The translations under genes and the position numbers were made by a program. A stretch of 14,092 nt of DNA from an uncultured archaeon (GTDB lineage: Archaea; Aenigmatarchaeota; Aenigmatarchaeia; GW2011-AR5), in NCBI GenBank assembly GCA_964373695.1, contig CAYJVT010000020.1, positions 1-14,092 of the forward strand. Direction: 5' to 3'. The notes under the pieces were generated by a model. That model searched no databases and had not been told where the DNA came from. It saw only the letters and a program-made list of their open reading frames with translations. Shown piece by piece: positions 14,092 through 14,092 of the stretch (its first letter is position 1; the number at the start of each line of letters is the position of its first letter).

Positions 14092-14092
14092 A

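Overview
Archaeal chromosomal window. The evidence is two TFS/RpoM paralogues, a Sec11-type signal peptidase and TATA-box promoters; a DPANN-like lineage is only an inference from gene content. Clear genes: two TFS/RpoM, an AbrB/MraZ-like + ACT regulator, signal peptidase I, a hicB-hicA toxin-antitoxin pair, a DUF5069-like protein, a DEAD-box helicase, CPA1 and CPA2 cation/proton antiporters, a VIT1/CCC1 transporter, a YjeF-N protein, a thioredoxin-like protein and an FMN split-barrel protein. Three familiar enzyme folds carry altered catalytic motifs: an orphan HisG-like protein, an LplA-like protein lacking the conserved Lys, and a YjeF-N lacking NNGGDG. A hypothetical protein between TFS-2 and the DEAD helicase shows Tpt1/ADP-ribosyltransferase-fold hallmarks. 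Three genes are broken: an HD-hydrolase 3' fragment, a composite fragment at 5011-5457, and an M48 peptidase with a frameshift plus an internal TGA. Two strongly folded non-coding elements (5-148 and 11571-11757) are unexplained. No rRNA, tRNA, CRISPR array or transposase was seen. All family calls come from motif recognition by eye; no searches were run.
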